From Octopus vulgaris (Eukaryota), in contig OX597830.1 in NCBI GenBank assembly GCA_951406725.2, positions 49,786,001-49,850,000 of the forward strand: 64,000 nucleotides of DNA, read 5' to 3'. The translations under genes were made by a program, and so were the position numbers. Shown here in pieces: positions 12,966 to 25,125 of this stretch. Each line of letters begins with the position of its first letter. Within the stretch, counting starts at the first letter, position 1. The notes beneath the pieces were generated by a model. It was not told where the DNA came from and made no database searches. It saw nothing but the letters and a program-made list of their open reading frames with translations.

Positions 12966-14028
12966 GAATCAATGTTTATAACCAGACAGACAGAGCAATG
13001 CATCGGACTGTCGAGGAACCGTTGACTTGCTAGAAATAGCAACCAGGATTTTATATTGATTAGAATTGAATTAGAAGTAAATTCCTTGGAAAGAAACTGA
13101 AAGAATCTTTCACAAGTACGAAGTTTTAAAGATATTTTAGAATTAATTTTCATGGACTTTTAATGATTCTTTCGTTGTTCTTTCTTCGATTACACTTTAT
13201 TCAGTTCCATTCATTTAATATTATTCTAAAATTAATTTCTCAATTAAAAATCTTATGTTAATTATAACGAAATTCGGATATGAAAACCATTGTCCTAATA
13301 ATGGATGATACTCATTCCATTGTTTGACGTCATTGCTGATTAACAGAATGCTTTTTAACTCAATAGACGTCACTGATTGGTTGAAATTGCAGAAATTGAA
13401 GAAAAAAAACAACAAAAAAACTATAGAATTTTCTCAATAAAGCCAAGAGAAAAAGATGTTTTATAAACACATTCTACCAGTATACGAAGTTTAAAATTTT
13501 TTAGTTACCTAGAAATTATGTTAAAAACTGCCGTTCAAACCTAAAAGATCCCCACCCTCCTCTTTCATCCTCTCAAAAAGCTCGGAGAGCTTCTCCATTT
13601 CTATAACAATACTTTTAGAAGATACAGCGGCTACTGCCGCGAACTTTTTTGCTGGCTCATGCCGCTGGTTCGTTTCTAGGATTATTTCGACCGACATATT
13701 CGTTCGAAATAAATGATACACAATTTAATCCCAGAAAAAGGGAAACCTATAATTTTTTACTTTTTTTTTTCTTTTAACGAGTACAACAGTTCAAATCGAT
13801 ACGTAGGAACGGTTGAAAATTTTTTTTCACGCAATAACAAAATATAGAATCCCCCAAAACGGGAAACCTATAATATTTCTTTTTTCCTCACAACGAGGAC
13901 AACAGTACAAATCTCGCCCACGCTGAGATAACTGAAATGTGGGCTTATGCTGAACACCTGGTGTCCGGCGAAGGAAGAGTACAGCTGTCGACTGAGTCAA
14001 TTATAAAAATTGACCCACAGGGAGTTCT

Positions 14029-14413
14029 GTGGAAGCACTCCGTCGGTTACGACGATGAGGGTTCCGGTTGATCCGAATCAACGGAACAGCCTGCTCGTGA
14101 AATTAACGTGTAAGTGACTGAGCACTCCACAGACACGTGTACCCTTAACGTAGTTCTCGGGGATATTCAGCGTGACACAGAGAGTGACAAGGCCGGCCCC
14201 TTGAAATACAGGTACAACAGAAACAGGAAGCAAGAGTGAGAGAAAGTTGTGGTGAAAGAGTACAGCAGGGATCACCACCATCCCCTGCCGGAGCCTCGTG
14301 GAGCTTTAGGTGTTTTCGCTCAATAAACACTCACAACGCCCGATCTGGGAATCGAAACCGCGATCCTATGACCGCGAGTCCGCTTCCCTAACCACTGGGC
14401 CACTGCGCCTCCA
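14029..14413 (-). mobile_element. Full-length young SINE family C (tRNA-derived)
   Basis: TSD GGGAGTTCT (14020-14028 / 14418-14426). Near-identical to the + copy at 16497-16884. Confidence 0.92.
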
Positions 14414-14529
14414 CACCGGGAGTTCTAACGAACGAAGGTAAGAATTGTTTTCTCCCGGTTGTAACAATAGCAAAAGAGGCAGTATGGAAGAATAGGGTAA
14501 AAGGAATTAAGACAGGCAAATTTATCTCT

Positions 14530-14913
14530 GGTCATAATTTACGATCTTTTTTTCTTTTCATTTGAAAAGGAAGCTGTGGCTGGAGAAGAAGTGTCTGTCG
14601 AAGTGTACGTTCCATAAGAGATGGAAGCATGTTGCACGAGTGTTATGCGTGCAAGAAACCGTGTGAATAGACTGGTGTAAAAAAAAAAAAGAAAAAAAAA
14701 GGGTACCAGCGGTAAATCGGGGTTTGTGGGGTCGGAGCGTGACCTGATCGACGCTTCATTTGTATTGTGTTTTGTAGTGTTTATTTCATTCGAATTTTAT
14801 ATATTGTATGAAATGTTTAAAAACATATTATATGTAAACTCATACCGTTTCACTGATCCCATCAGTTGTTTTGTCCAATTCTATGTTTGGCCCCTAGTGG
14901 GTAATAAAGAAAT
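14530..14913 (+). mobile_element. 3' end of a Tx1/L1-like LINE (ORF2 C-terminus plus 3' UTR)
   Basis: Translates FFSFHLKRKLWLEKKCLSKCTFHKRWKHVARVL. Ends GGCCCCTAGTGGGTAATAAAGAAAT. Confidence 0.65.
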
Positions 14914-15702
14914 TGCTTGTGGCGGGTGCCACAATAGAGCCTACATCGGCTAAAATTTAATTTTTCACGCAATAATAAATTGCTTATCCCAAAACACGGG
15001 AAACCTATAATATTTTTTTCCTCTTAATGACGGGGGGGGGGCACAACAATAAAGCCTACAACGGCTTTAATAAGTTCAATATTAATGATTTCAATATTTG
15101 AACAATTACTTTCTCCCGTCACCGGGAAAAAGCACAAAAACTTTCAGAGTTCAACAATGCTCAACATTTCGAAAATATTCAACAATAGACAACAATTCCA
15201 ATAGAAAAAATTATCTACGTGCAACAAAACGTTTGACTCACCGCCCCCACCCCCTAAAAAAACACGTCTTTCTACGACAGAGGTAAGGAAACTATTTCAT
15301 AAATATTTGCCATGAAGGCATTACAAAGAGGGGACACTAAAACACATTGGGGACACAAAATATCAAAAAAATATTATCGTATGATATGATGAGAAAAAGA
15401 GTGAAAATGAGAGATGAAAGGGATGTTAACTGCCCCATCAGTCAACATCGCTTACTTGTCCTTTTTTTTTCCCCTATTTTACCGCGAAAACCACAAAGCC
15501 CCCAAATTTAACCGCGTATATTTCTTCTAGTTTATTCCTCTTTACCGGTGCCAATGCACCTCTTATTAACATATATTCAGCCTCAAGTTCCTTTTCAAGG
15601 TCTTTCTTCCAACTTTTTGACATTACCAATTCCATTTTTTGATGGAATATGTTCACTCTTTCATATAAATGTTTGCTGTCAATAATACCTATACAATATT
15701 TT

Positions 15703-16479
15703 TCAGAGTGGGGTTTTGTGTTGTCGTTTGTTTGTTATTTTTCTGTTTTCTTGTTGGTGGGGAGTGGGTGGGTTTGGTGTCTTCAGGGACGGGGTGGGAC
15801 ACAATGGGTGAGGCTGGTACTGGGGTGGGTTGCGGTTCACAGTTACTTGCCTTTTTTTTCTTTTCCGCTGTTTTCTTTTTCCCGGGGTTTCCCACTCTTT
15901 CCCGTCTTCCTTCACTTGACTCTCCTTTTCTTCTGTTTCCTCCTGTTCCTTCTGGGGTGCTACCATTTCCACTGCTGTTTCCTTGATTATCTCTTCCACT
16001 GTCGTATTACAGTTTGCTCTTATGTGGCCTGAAGGGCCACATTTATAACAACGAAGGGTTCTGCCCTCCACCCATACTTTCATCGTTATATCGCTTGTCG
16101 TAATCGACTCCGCCAAATTTTGTAGGGTTTCCATTTCTGCTTGGACGCTCATTTCCAGCATCGCTCCTCTCCATCCTTTATCTTCTGTTATAGTCGTTTG
16201 GACTATGTCAACTTTATCTTCGTAACCGCAGGTAACCGCTGCTATTACTAATTCTGCCTCGATATCCCGTGGAATTCCCTCCACCCTAATTCTTGATATT
16301 CTTCTCCCTAGATAAGTGAGTAGAAGTGTTATTTTTCCATTTTTTATCGTCTTTGCAGACATTCTTCTCGCAGTTTCCTCATTTTTATACTGCACCACCA
16401 CTGTGGCACACTTATTTCCTCTCGCGACGAATACTATTTCTTCTTCTGTTGTTCTTAAGGCCTCCTCTATCGTTTGCAT
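15703..16479 (-). pseudogene. L1/Tx1-type ORF1 (RRM-like region plus CCHC zinc knuckle), disrupted
   Basis: RCYKCGPSGHIRANC fits CX2CX4HX4C, preceded by RIRVEGIP. Removing the SINE extends the frame upstream as KIIYRVLANAKNIIDIIN-MQTIEE. Confidence 0.8.
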
Positions 16480-16496
16480 GTTTATTATGTCTGTTT

Positions 16497-16884
16497 TGGA
16501 GGCGCAGTGGCCCAGTGGTTAGGGCAGCGGACTCGCGGTCATAGGATCGCGGTTTCGATTCCCAGACCGGGCGTTGTGAGTGTTTATTGAGCGAAAACAC
16601 CTACAGTTCCACGAGGCTCCGGCAGGGGATGGTGGTGATCCCTGCTGTACTCTTTCACCACAACTTTCTCTCACTCTTGCTTCCTGTTTCTGTTGTACCT
16701 GTATTTCAAAGGGCCGGCCTTGTCACTCTCTGTGTCACGCTGAATATCCCCGAGAACTACGTTAAGGGTACACGTGTCTGTGGAGTGCTCAGTCACTTAC
16801 ACGTTAATTTCACGAGCAGGCTGTTCCGTTGATTCGGATCAACCGGAACCCTCGTCGTCGTAACCGACGGAGTGCTTCCACCAC
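16497..16884 (+). mobile_element. Full-length young SINE family C
   Basis: A-box TGGCCCAGTGG, B-box GGTTTCGATTCC, TSD ATTATGTCT (16484-16492 / 16885-16893). Confidence 0.92.
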
Positions 16885-18135
16885 ATTATGTCTATTATGT
16901 TCTTGGCGTTTGCTAATACTCTGTATATTATTTTCTTTTTTTTTTCCATTTATTTCTTTTCCTGTTGGGCAGCAATAATTCCACCTCTCCATTTACTCTT
17001 TTTATCATGTCCTGGCATTCCGGCAATTTTGCCAGATTTATTTCCTTTTTCGCTGGCTTTGTTGCACCTGCGTATGTCCTTTTCTCTAATATCATGTCCA
17101 ATTTTTTCTACCGCCTCCACTAACTCTTCTTCTTACGACTCTATGAACATTCTTTCTGTTACCTCCATTCTTCCTCTTAATGAGGAAAACTCATTTTCCT
17201 TCGTCTGTCTCACACAGACAGACCAAATTCACCCGTGAAAAACGATAAAAACAATAAACCTTTTAACTCAAAGCGACTTTTCCGACTTCCCAAGAGAACC
17301 GAACGTGTAACACTGTTTTTACAATAGCATAACGTTTTCACCGCGCGAGCTCAAAAAAAAAAAAAACACGTCGTTCCACGACAGAGGTAAGGAAGCTACT
17401 CCTACACCTATTTCTCTTATATTGTTATCGATTATTTGTCCCAAAAGCTCTACTAATCCAATATCCGCCCAAAACAAACGTTGACAACAGATAGACCTGC
17501 AATGAATTGAAATAATTGCTCTCGTTCGTATAAAACACTTCCAGTCCCGTGACAACATTCGTTGCCATCTTGCTTTCTCTTTCAGACATTTAAAAAAAAC
17601 TTTTTCGGCCGACAGCAAACAAATCTGATCAGCATAATTAATAATCGTTTATTTCAGTAGTAATAGTAGTTGTAATAAGACATGTTTTAATCTTTGGTCG
17701 TCTACAGATGCAAATACGAGGAACGTGTGCGGGTGTTTGTGCGTGTATATGTGAGTGTTGGAGGCTTTATATGTGTCTGAAGATATACATGTTCATATTT
17801 ATGTGTACATATGAGTTTAATATCATCTTTGCACGATAACTTATGCAAATGTCTGCTCCTGTGGTTGCAGTTCCTAACCATGTATGAATGTATGTGCGTG
17901 TTTCTACGTGTGTCTGAGTGAGTATGCATACACTCATACACACGCTCACACAAACACACACATACAAACACACATATACGCATATATATATATATATATA
18001 TATGTGCATATGTATATATATATATATATGTATATATATATGTGTGTGTCTGTGTGTATAGATGTATTACAAGATTCATTTCAATCATCCTTATGTACGC
18101 CTCCTTCACTAGGTTTGACTTGCATGCAAACACTC

Positions 18136-18166
<31 letters not shown>

Positions 18167-18255
18167 CCTATCTATCCCTCTCTCTCGCGCACTCTCTCCA
18201 TCCCTGTAATATGTATATATACACACACATACATTTATATATAAGTATACGTATG

Positions 18256-18291
<36 letters not shown>

Positions 18292-18443
18292 TGCATATAT
18301 ACATACACATATATAAACATATATCACTATAGGCATAGCAATATATACATAGATATATGCATGTACATATGTGTGCATATATAATCACTTGTAAATACAT
18401 ATGCATATATCTATCTATTCGTATATGTATATGCATGTGCAAT

Positions 18444-18503
<60 letters not shown>

Positions 18504-19119
18504 TTATACACACGAACCTATAACCGCTGATTTTCACAATCACACACACACAGCACTTCCTTCATATACATAAACACCTTTAAAAAGAAATAAGAGATAT
18601 GTTGTGTTGCAAATTATCTTTTACAATTTATTATTGAATATTTAAAATTTATTCCAAGCGTCATTGTTAATTGTGGAAATATGATACATTTTTCTCGTTC
18701 ATTCATTAACAATTGTAATTATATATTTGTTAATTTATTTATAATTTCTACCAATAACAAAATACATTCCACAGCGGAAATCATTTTCCGATATGCAAAC
18801 AAGGAAGGAAAAAGGTAAAAATTTAAGAAAAATCTATTTCTAAATTGACGATATCATCTGTTGAATCTATCAGGCCTCTTCCTCTACAAGCTACTCCTGC
18901 TATTCAAATGCCATAATCAGTTGTTGACATTTTGGAATCGTCTTTTAGAATGTTGCGAAGTTCTAGCAGTAGTCCGCCATTGTCGTGCGTCATGCAGCAT
19001 TATTGCTGATAGAAATGTTACATATCTATTTCTATTCTTACACACATTCACGCAGGTGTACATATACACGCGCACTCGCTCTCTCTTTCTCTCTCCTCCC
19101 ACATATATATAAATATATA

Positions 19120-19277
19120 TGATAGATCGCTAGCCACTACACACATTTTTTTTCTCTCTCTGTTTCTTTGTGTCCCTTTCAGTAGAAGAGAGTAGGCTCA
19201 AAACGCTAAAGACTTTTTCAATTCCCAAGCGTTATCTGTTTGTTTTGTACACTACCTGTCTTCTTCTTTTGCTTTTT

Positions 19278-19290
<13 letters not shown>
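19120..19290 (+). mobile_element. Second copy of the pLTR-like repeat seen at 1-150
   Basis: CAGTAGAAGAGAGTAGGCTCAAAACG...AAAGACTTTT...ACCTGTCTTC aligns with 47-143. Confidence 0.65.
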
Positions 19291-19352
<62 letters not shown>

Positions 19353-20606
19353 CACATGTATGTATATATATCAGGTCGAATTTGAGGAAAAATTCCTTGA
19401 AACAAAAGTACCTCTCACCTGATTGTGTTTCAAAACTGTCTCGACTTCAACAAGAAATATGCTGACCAATTTTTACTCCCAAAAAGATGATGCAACAGAA
19501 CAAATGATGTAATACTTGCAATGTTATAGCTTCAAAGAAGTAGGGAGAAGATAACAAGAAATCAGAAAACACATTTTGCCCCACCCTCTATCTTAATTTC
19601 AAATGCTTGACGAATTGGAATGGTACAAAACAATGAAAAATATAGACAAAAGTAAGAAAGAAAAAAGTCCGATTTAATGAAAAACATTTGAAGACATATG
19701 CAATAATTTTAAAGCCGAAAAAAATGTTTTAGCTGTTGTGAGATGTAATTTTATGGCTAAAGCTAAATTCGAATTTACATTTTAGAACATTTCTTGTTCG
19801 TTCATAAAGACCAGTTTTCAATGCCTCATAGAAATAATGAAGTTTACAAGTACCAATATATGTATGTTTATAGGTGTGTTTGTGTGTATGTGTGTATTTG
19901 TGTGTGTGCTTGTGTGTATGTATATCTGTGTTGCCTATATATATGTATGTGTATGTACGTGTGTGTGTGTGTGTGTGCATTAATGTGTATATAAATTTAG
20001 TTACACTTTATCACTACTAACTTACTGCTATATCATATATTTTGATTTCTATTAATTCCCTGGGGAATTCTTTACCAACTGCTTTGCTTAATTGTTGAAC
20101 TTGTTTTCTAAAATTTTCTTAAATATTATTTCTCTATGACTTCAGATATTTTCTTTGAAACTAAAGTTTGTTTTTTTTCATAGGCCCCTTACATACTGGC
20201 ATAGGCCCTCGTATATGTCTAAAGGGGTCCACTTGCCATCGGGCAAGCTAGCAACCTGGCCAGACCAGCACTGCATACTGTACAAATATATGTGTGTGTG
20301 TGTATGTGTGTGTGTGCGTGTTTGTGTATGCATATATATGAGTGTGTGTGTGTGTGTGTACATATATATATATAGTATTACTTGTAATTATTAGATAGAT
20401 TTCCTATCAGACTTTTATTAGGTAAAACATATGTTTGGACCCATTGCGATATTCCTGAAGTAAATCCAATGGAAGAGTAACACAACTACGGATAACAACA
20501 GGTAGCCTAAACTGTAACGGTGCTTTACTCAACAGTTAAACACACCAATTTAATTATACGTATTTGTCTAAATTTTCTATTATATATATGTGTATATATA
20601 TATATA

Positions 20607-20658
<52 letters not shown>

Positions 20659-20691
20659 TGAGAAAGTTGGTTTGTGAAAGCACGTGGTTGA

Positions 20692-20872
20692 ATATATAGA
20701 AAATAGTAAAAAGTGAAAAAACTACAGAAGGCTTGTTTTAAACCGGTCATTTCTTCTAAATTATGTCATTGTATGAAAAAAATGTATAACATTCTTCAGA
20801 CATATTGACTCAAATATATATTTTTTAACCTTTTAAAACAAGCCTTCTGTAGTTTTTTCACTTTTTACTATT

Positions 20873-20883
<11 letters not shown>
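20692..20883. repeat. Foldback element with ~51-bp perfect inverted arms between (TA)n tracts
   Basis: 20692-20742 is the reverse complement of 20832-20883. Confidence 0.92.
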
Positions 20884-20946
<63 letters not shown>

Positions 20947-21142
20947 TTAATTAAAGGTTGTGTTGATCACATGACGGGATGGTTTCATCCAAGGAAATAC
21001 TGGTCCAATACATAGTAGTGTGAGGGAGTGAATTTCCTTTAAATAATAGGGTTATATAACAACATAAAGTTTATATTCATTTAAAAGAATAAAATAGAGA
21101 TTTGGAAGTTAATAATTGTTTATTATTAACAGCAAATTGATA

Positions 21143-21390
21143 ATTTTCTCTTACACCCGTTTCTAATAATAACTTAATAGACATTAAATTTACATTTATG
21201 CAACATGAGGATATTAATCAGAAGAAAAAAAGATGTACTTTGGATGCTATATGTGTGTTTGTGAATTCATTTTAAGAGAATTAATTTTAGCATACTGCTA
21301 AATACACATATAGCACACATACTGCACACATATTGCACAAATACACATATAGCATCCACATGTACATCTTTTCATTCCCTCTGATGATGT
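21143..21390 (-). mobile_element. Penelope-like end: degenerate hammerhead (minus strand, 21143-21230) plus an inverted partial copy (21335-21390)
   Basis: Minus strand CTGATTA...GAAACGGGTGTA-AGAGAA. The inverted copy retains CTCTGATGA. Confidence 0.45.
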
Positions 21391-21453
21391 TATGCTTATA
21401 TATATATGTGTGTGTGTGTGTATGTATGCATGCATGTGTATATATATATATAT

Positions 21454-21484
<31 letters not shown>

Positions 21485-21597
21485 CATACATATATATACA
21501 CATACATATATACACATACACACACAAAAAAAAAAAAACATATATATATATATACATATATATATATAATAAAAAAATAATATATATATATATATAC

Positions 21598-21672
<75 letters not shown>

Positions 21673-21779
21673 CATATATATACATATATATACATATATA
21701 TATATACATACATATATATACATATATACATATATATATATATATACATATATATACACATATATATATATACACATAC

Positions 21780-21873
<94 letters not shown>

Positions 21874-22079
21874 GAAAGAGAGAGAGAGAGAGAGTTTTAT
21901 GTGTGCTTATCCTGAATTGAACGCTTAACCAACCATGTTACGTGCAATGTCACATTGATTCTGACCTTTAGTTTAAGGTTATGTGTGTCCATGGAATATT
22001 TTAGCCATTGTAATTGAACAGTTCGTTCATTGATATATCGATTCATTGATTGATTACACTATTATTCATATAATTGAAC

Positions 22080-22480
22080 GATAACAGCAAGAAAACTAAC
22101 AACAACAACACCAAGAATAATCGGGCAAAAATAACAGCAATAACAACAACAACAGCAACAACAACAACAACAACAACAACAGCAACACAATCACTTGAAT
22201 CACATCAGCGGTAAATGTATGAACAAGAACGGCATCCAGAGAGACGGCAACAGCAGCAGTAGCCAAAGCAGCAGCAGCAGTATTGACAGCTGAAAAGATA
22301 ACAGTCGCAAAAACAAAAACAAAAACGCCCCAGCAAACTAGCAACAAACAAACTAACAACAAGAACAACAAAGAGCGACACCACCAACAACAACAACACT
22401 AGAAAGGAGAAGCAGCAATCACCAGAACAACAACAGCAACGACAATAACACCAATAATAATGATTAACAACAACAACGAA
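22080..22480. repeat. (CAA)/(CAG)-rich low-complexity tract
   Basis: Directly visible. Confidence 0.9.
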
Positions 22481-22825
22481 TAATCAAGTGGTTGTTATGT
22501 GATATAAACGTGGATGTTCTCAAGTGCAAAAGAATTATCAGGCCAACACATGACATAATACAATGGACGCGTTGGAGATGCATGAATAGGACATGTTGAT
22601 ATCAAGATGGCGGATGGACTATGGCGAGGTTTAACGGAGAACGGTGTTGGTGTTTATGTTGCTGGATGTATCTGCGGGTTTACGTCGGTCTTCGTAACAT
22701 TTCTATTGATATTCTCTCCCAATAAATTATTGGTTCGTAAACTGATAACCACAATTTACAAATCTGTTCACTTCACTTCACTGACAAAAAAAAACCCTAT
22801 TCAACGACATTACAACACACACACA

Positions 22826-22887
<62 letters not shown>

Positions 22888-22889
<2 letters not shown>

Positions 22890-22950
22890 TGCTCTAGCGG
22901 CTAAGATTCCTTACTCTCACCGCAGCGACCGGTGCTTGCTTTCTTGCATG
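22888..22950 (+). pseudogene. Degenerate tRNA-Glu(CTC)-like sequence
   Basis: TCTAGCGGCTAAGATTC...CTCTCACCGCAGCGACC resembles the D and anticodon arms of eukaryotic tRNA-Glu. The T arm is decayed. Confidence 0.5.
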
Positions 22951-22952
22951 GA

Positions 22953-23097
22953 TGCGTGGTAAGAAGCTTGTTTCTCAAACATATGGGTGTCGGATTCAGT
23001 GCCCCTGCATGGCACATTGGGTATATGTCTTTATTATAGCTTCAGGCCGAACAAAACCTTGTGATTGGGTTTAGTAGATGGAAACCGAAAAATACCG

Positions 23098-23176
<79 letters not shown>

Positions 23177-23185
23177 GTCTGTCTC

Positions 23186-23244
<59 letters not shown>

Positions 23245-23257
23245 ATCTTTATCTACG

Positions 23258-23292
<35 letters not shown>

Positions 23293-23495
23293 ATGTCTTT
23301 GTGTTTGTGCTTGTCCTTCGCGACCACTTGACGACCGGTTTTGGTTTGTTTACGTCCCAGTAACTTAGCAGCTCGGCAAACACAACCCAAATAAAATAAG
23401 TAGCAGACTTACTAAAATAAATGATAATAACTACCTTTCAAATTAGTGCCCCAGGATGGCCGCAGTCCAACGGCTAAAACAAATATAAGCGATAA
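22953..23495 (+). mobile_element. SINE family A with an expanded internal (TCTA)(TCTG)(TA)(TG) array
   Basis: 5' and 3' halves align with family A on either side of 23098-23295. Confidence 0.8.
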
Positions 23496-23894
23496 AATGC
23501 ATACTGCACTTACGTAACAGAACACGCACACACATACAACTCAATACATAAAACTCACACCATACTTATATATCCACAACACAAATATAAACATATACAC
23601 ACTCACTGGCATATTTACGTAAATTAGTAAAAATATGTAGAAAAATTTACTTATATCACTTTGGTTTGTGTAAATGAAATACTGCTGTGAATATGGCGGC
23701 TTTCAAAAATATGATTTTTTTACCAATTTTTTAACGATATTTTTTTTGCATTGAATTTCATGATTTGAAGTGGATTTTTGTTCATACTTTATTGAACTCG
23801 AAAATATTTTAAATAATTCAGCAGTCATTGGAGATTGCAGGAACTAATATTAAATAAAATGGAAAATAAAGTTAATAATAACAACGATAAAAAT

Positions 23895-24015
23895 CATCAA
23901 AGTAGTAGTAGCAGTAGTAGTAGTAGTAGTAGCAGCAGCAGCAGCAAAAGCTCTAGTAAATAGTAGTAGTAGTGATGGCGGTAGTAGTAGTAGATTCTGG
24001 TAATAGTAATGAAAA

Positions 24016-24079
<64 letters not shown>

Positions 24080-24109
24080 AGTTGTTGTTGTAGTTCTTTG
24101 AAATTAATG

Positions 24110-24151
<42 letters not shown>

Positions 24152-24165
24152 GCAACAACAACAAC
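23895..24165. repeat. Compound (AGT)n/(AGC)n/(ATA)n microsatellite
   Basis: Directly visible. Confidence 0.95.
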
Positions 24166-24854
24166 AGTGAGAATAACAAATACATGGCCATATATTCAAC
24201 AAACGTTATTTATATTGGGTTTTGTCTTCCATTTTGAAATCTCTGTTGAAGTGGAAGTCGTAGCTTTTCATAAAACTTCCGTCATGTGTGAACATATTGA
24301 TTTGTAACACAAATCAATGACTGGAAATTGTCGAATTAAATGAATCGCGGTGATCATTCCCTGCCAAAAGGGAACATATTCATTCTCTGGATTGTTTATT
24401 TATTGATTTGGTTGTTTATTTTGACCAAATCTTACATTTCCTCTTATTCATCACGAAAGCATACGAGAAATGGGATTTCTGAATAAGTTTGCGATTCTAA
24501 AATTTGGTTAAATAAGATTGTTAGTAGAATTAGCTTTCTACAGATGTTGGCATATATTTTGAAGTAAATCTCTTCACAATAACTCATAGTTATCCAAAAA
24601 CAATAAACACCCACACTAAAGTATAGCTCTTATCTAGGGTTGGGGTTTGGGCTGGACGCAGAAACGTCCTTGACTACATCGAAAAGAAGGCCACCATTCC
24701 ACTTTTTATCAACTATTTTTGACCAACTATTTTTGACCAACATCCCTCTCAATCACGCACATAAACACACACACACATACAGACACAAACACATACACAC
24801 ACACACATACACACTCATAGTCTCTGTCTGTTTGTCTACCTGTCAGTTTGTCAC

Positions 24855-25125
24855 TCTTTCTCTCTCTCTCTCTCTCTCTCTCTTTTCCTTCTCTTTCTCT
24901 TTCCCTTCTCTCTCTTTCTTCCTCCTCTCTCTCTTTCTGCCCCTCTCTCTTTCCCCCCTCTTTTTCTCACCCTCTCTTTCTCACCCTCTCTCTCTCTTTC
25001 ACCCCTCTCTCTCTTTCACCCCTCTCTCTCTTTTTCCCCTCTCTCTCTTTCTCCCCTCTCTCTCTTACTCCCCTCTCTCTCTTTCTCTCCCCTCTCTCTT
25101 TTTCCCCTTCTCTCTCTTTCTCTCA
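24855..25125. repeat. Polypyrimidine (CT-rich) tract
   Basis: Directly visible. Confidence 0.95.

Larger units (their letters stand above)
13725..15030 (+). repeat. Three dispersed ~100-bp direct repeats (GGGAAACCTATAAT core), interrupted by later insertions
   Basis: Core at ~13741, ~13861 and ~14998; TTTTTCACGCAATAA precedes two of the copies. Confidence 0.7.
15295..17312 (-). mobile_element. ORF1-only (half-L1/HAL1-like) non-autonomous retroposon interrupted by a SINE
   Basis: Contains a gag-like CCHC ORF with frameshifted N- and C-terminal parts and a short 3' UTR. No ORF2. Starts near CAGTGTTACACG. Confidence 0.65.

Noticed and set aside
16497-16570. SINE heads as functional tRNA genes
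   Set aside because: They continue into multi-copy SINE bodies with TSDs and lack a proper cloverleaf.
18850-19010. Possible minus-strand exon after TTTCTATCAG
   Set aside because: All frames close within about 30 codons and there is no clear donor.
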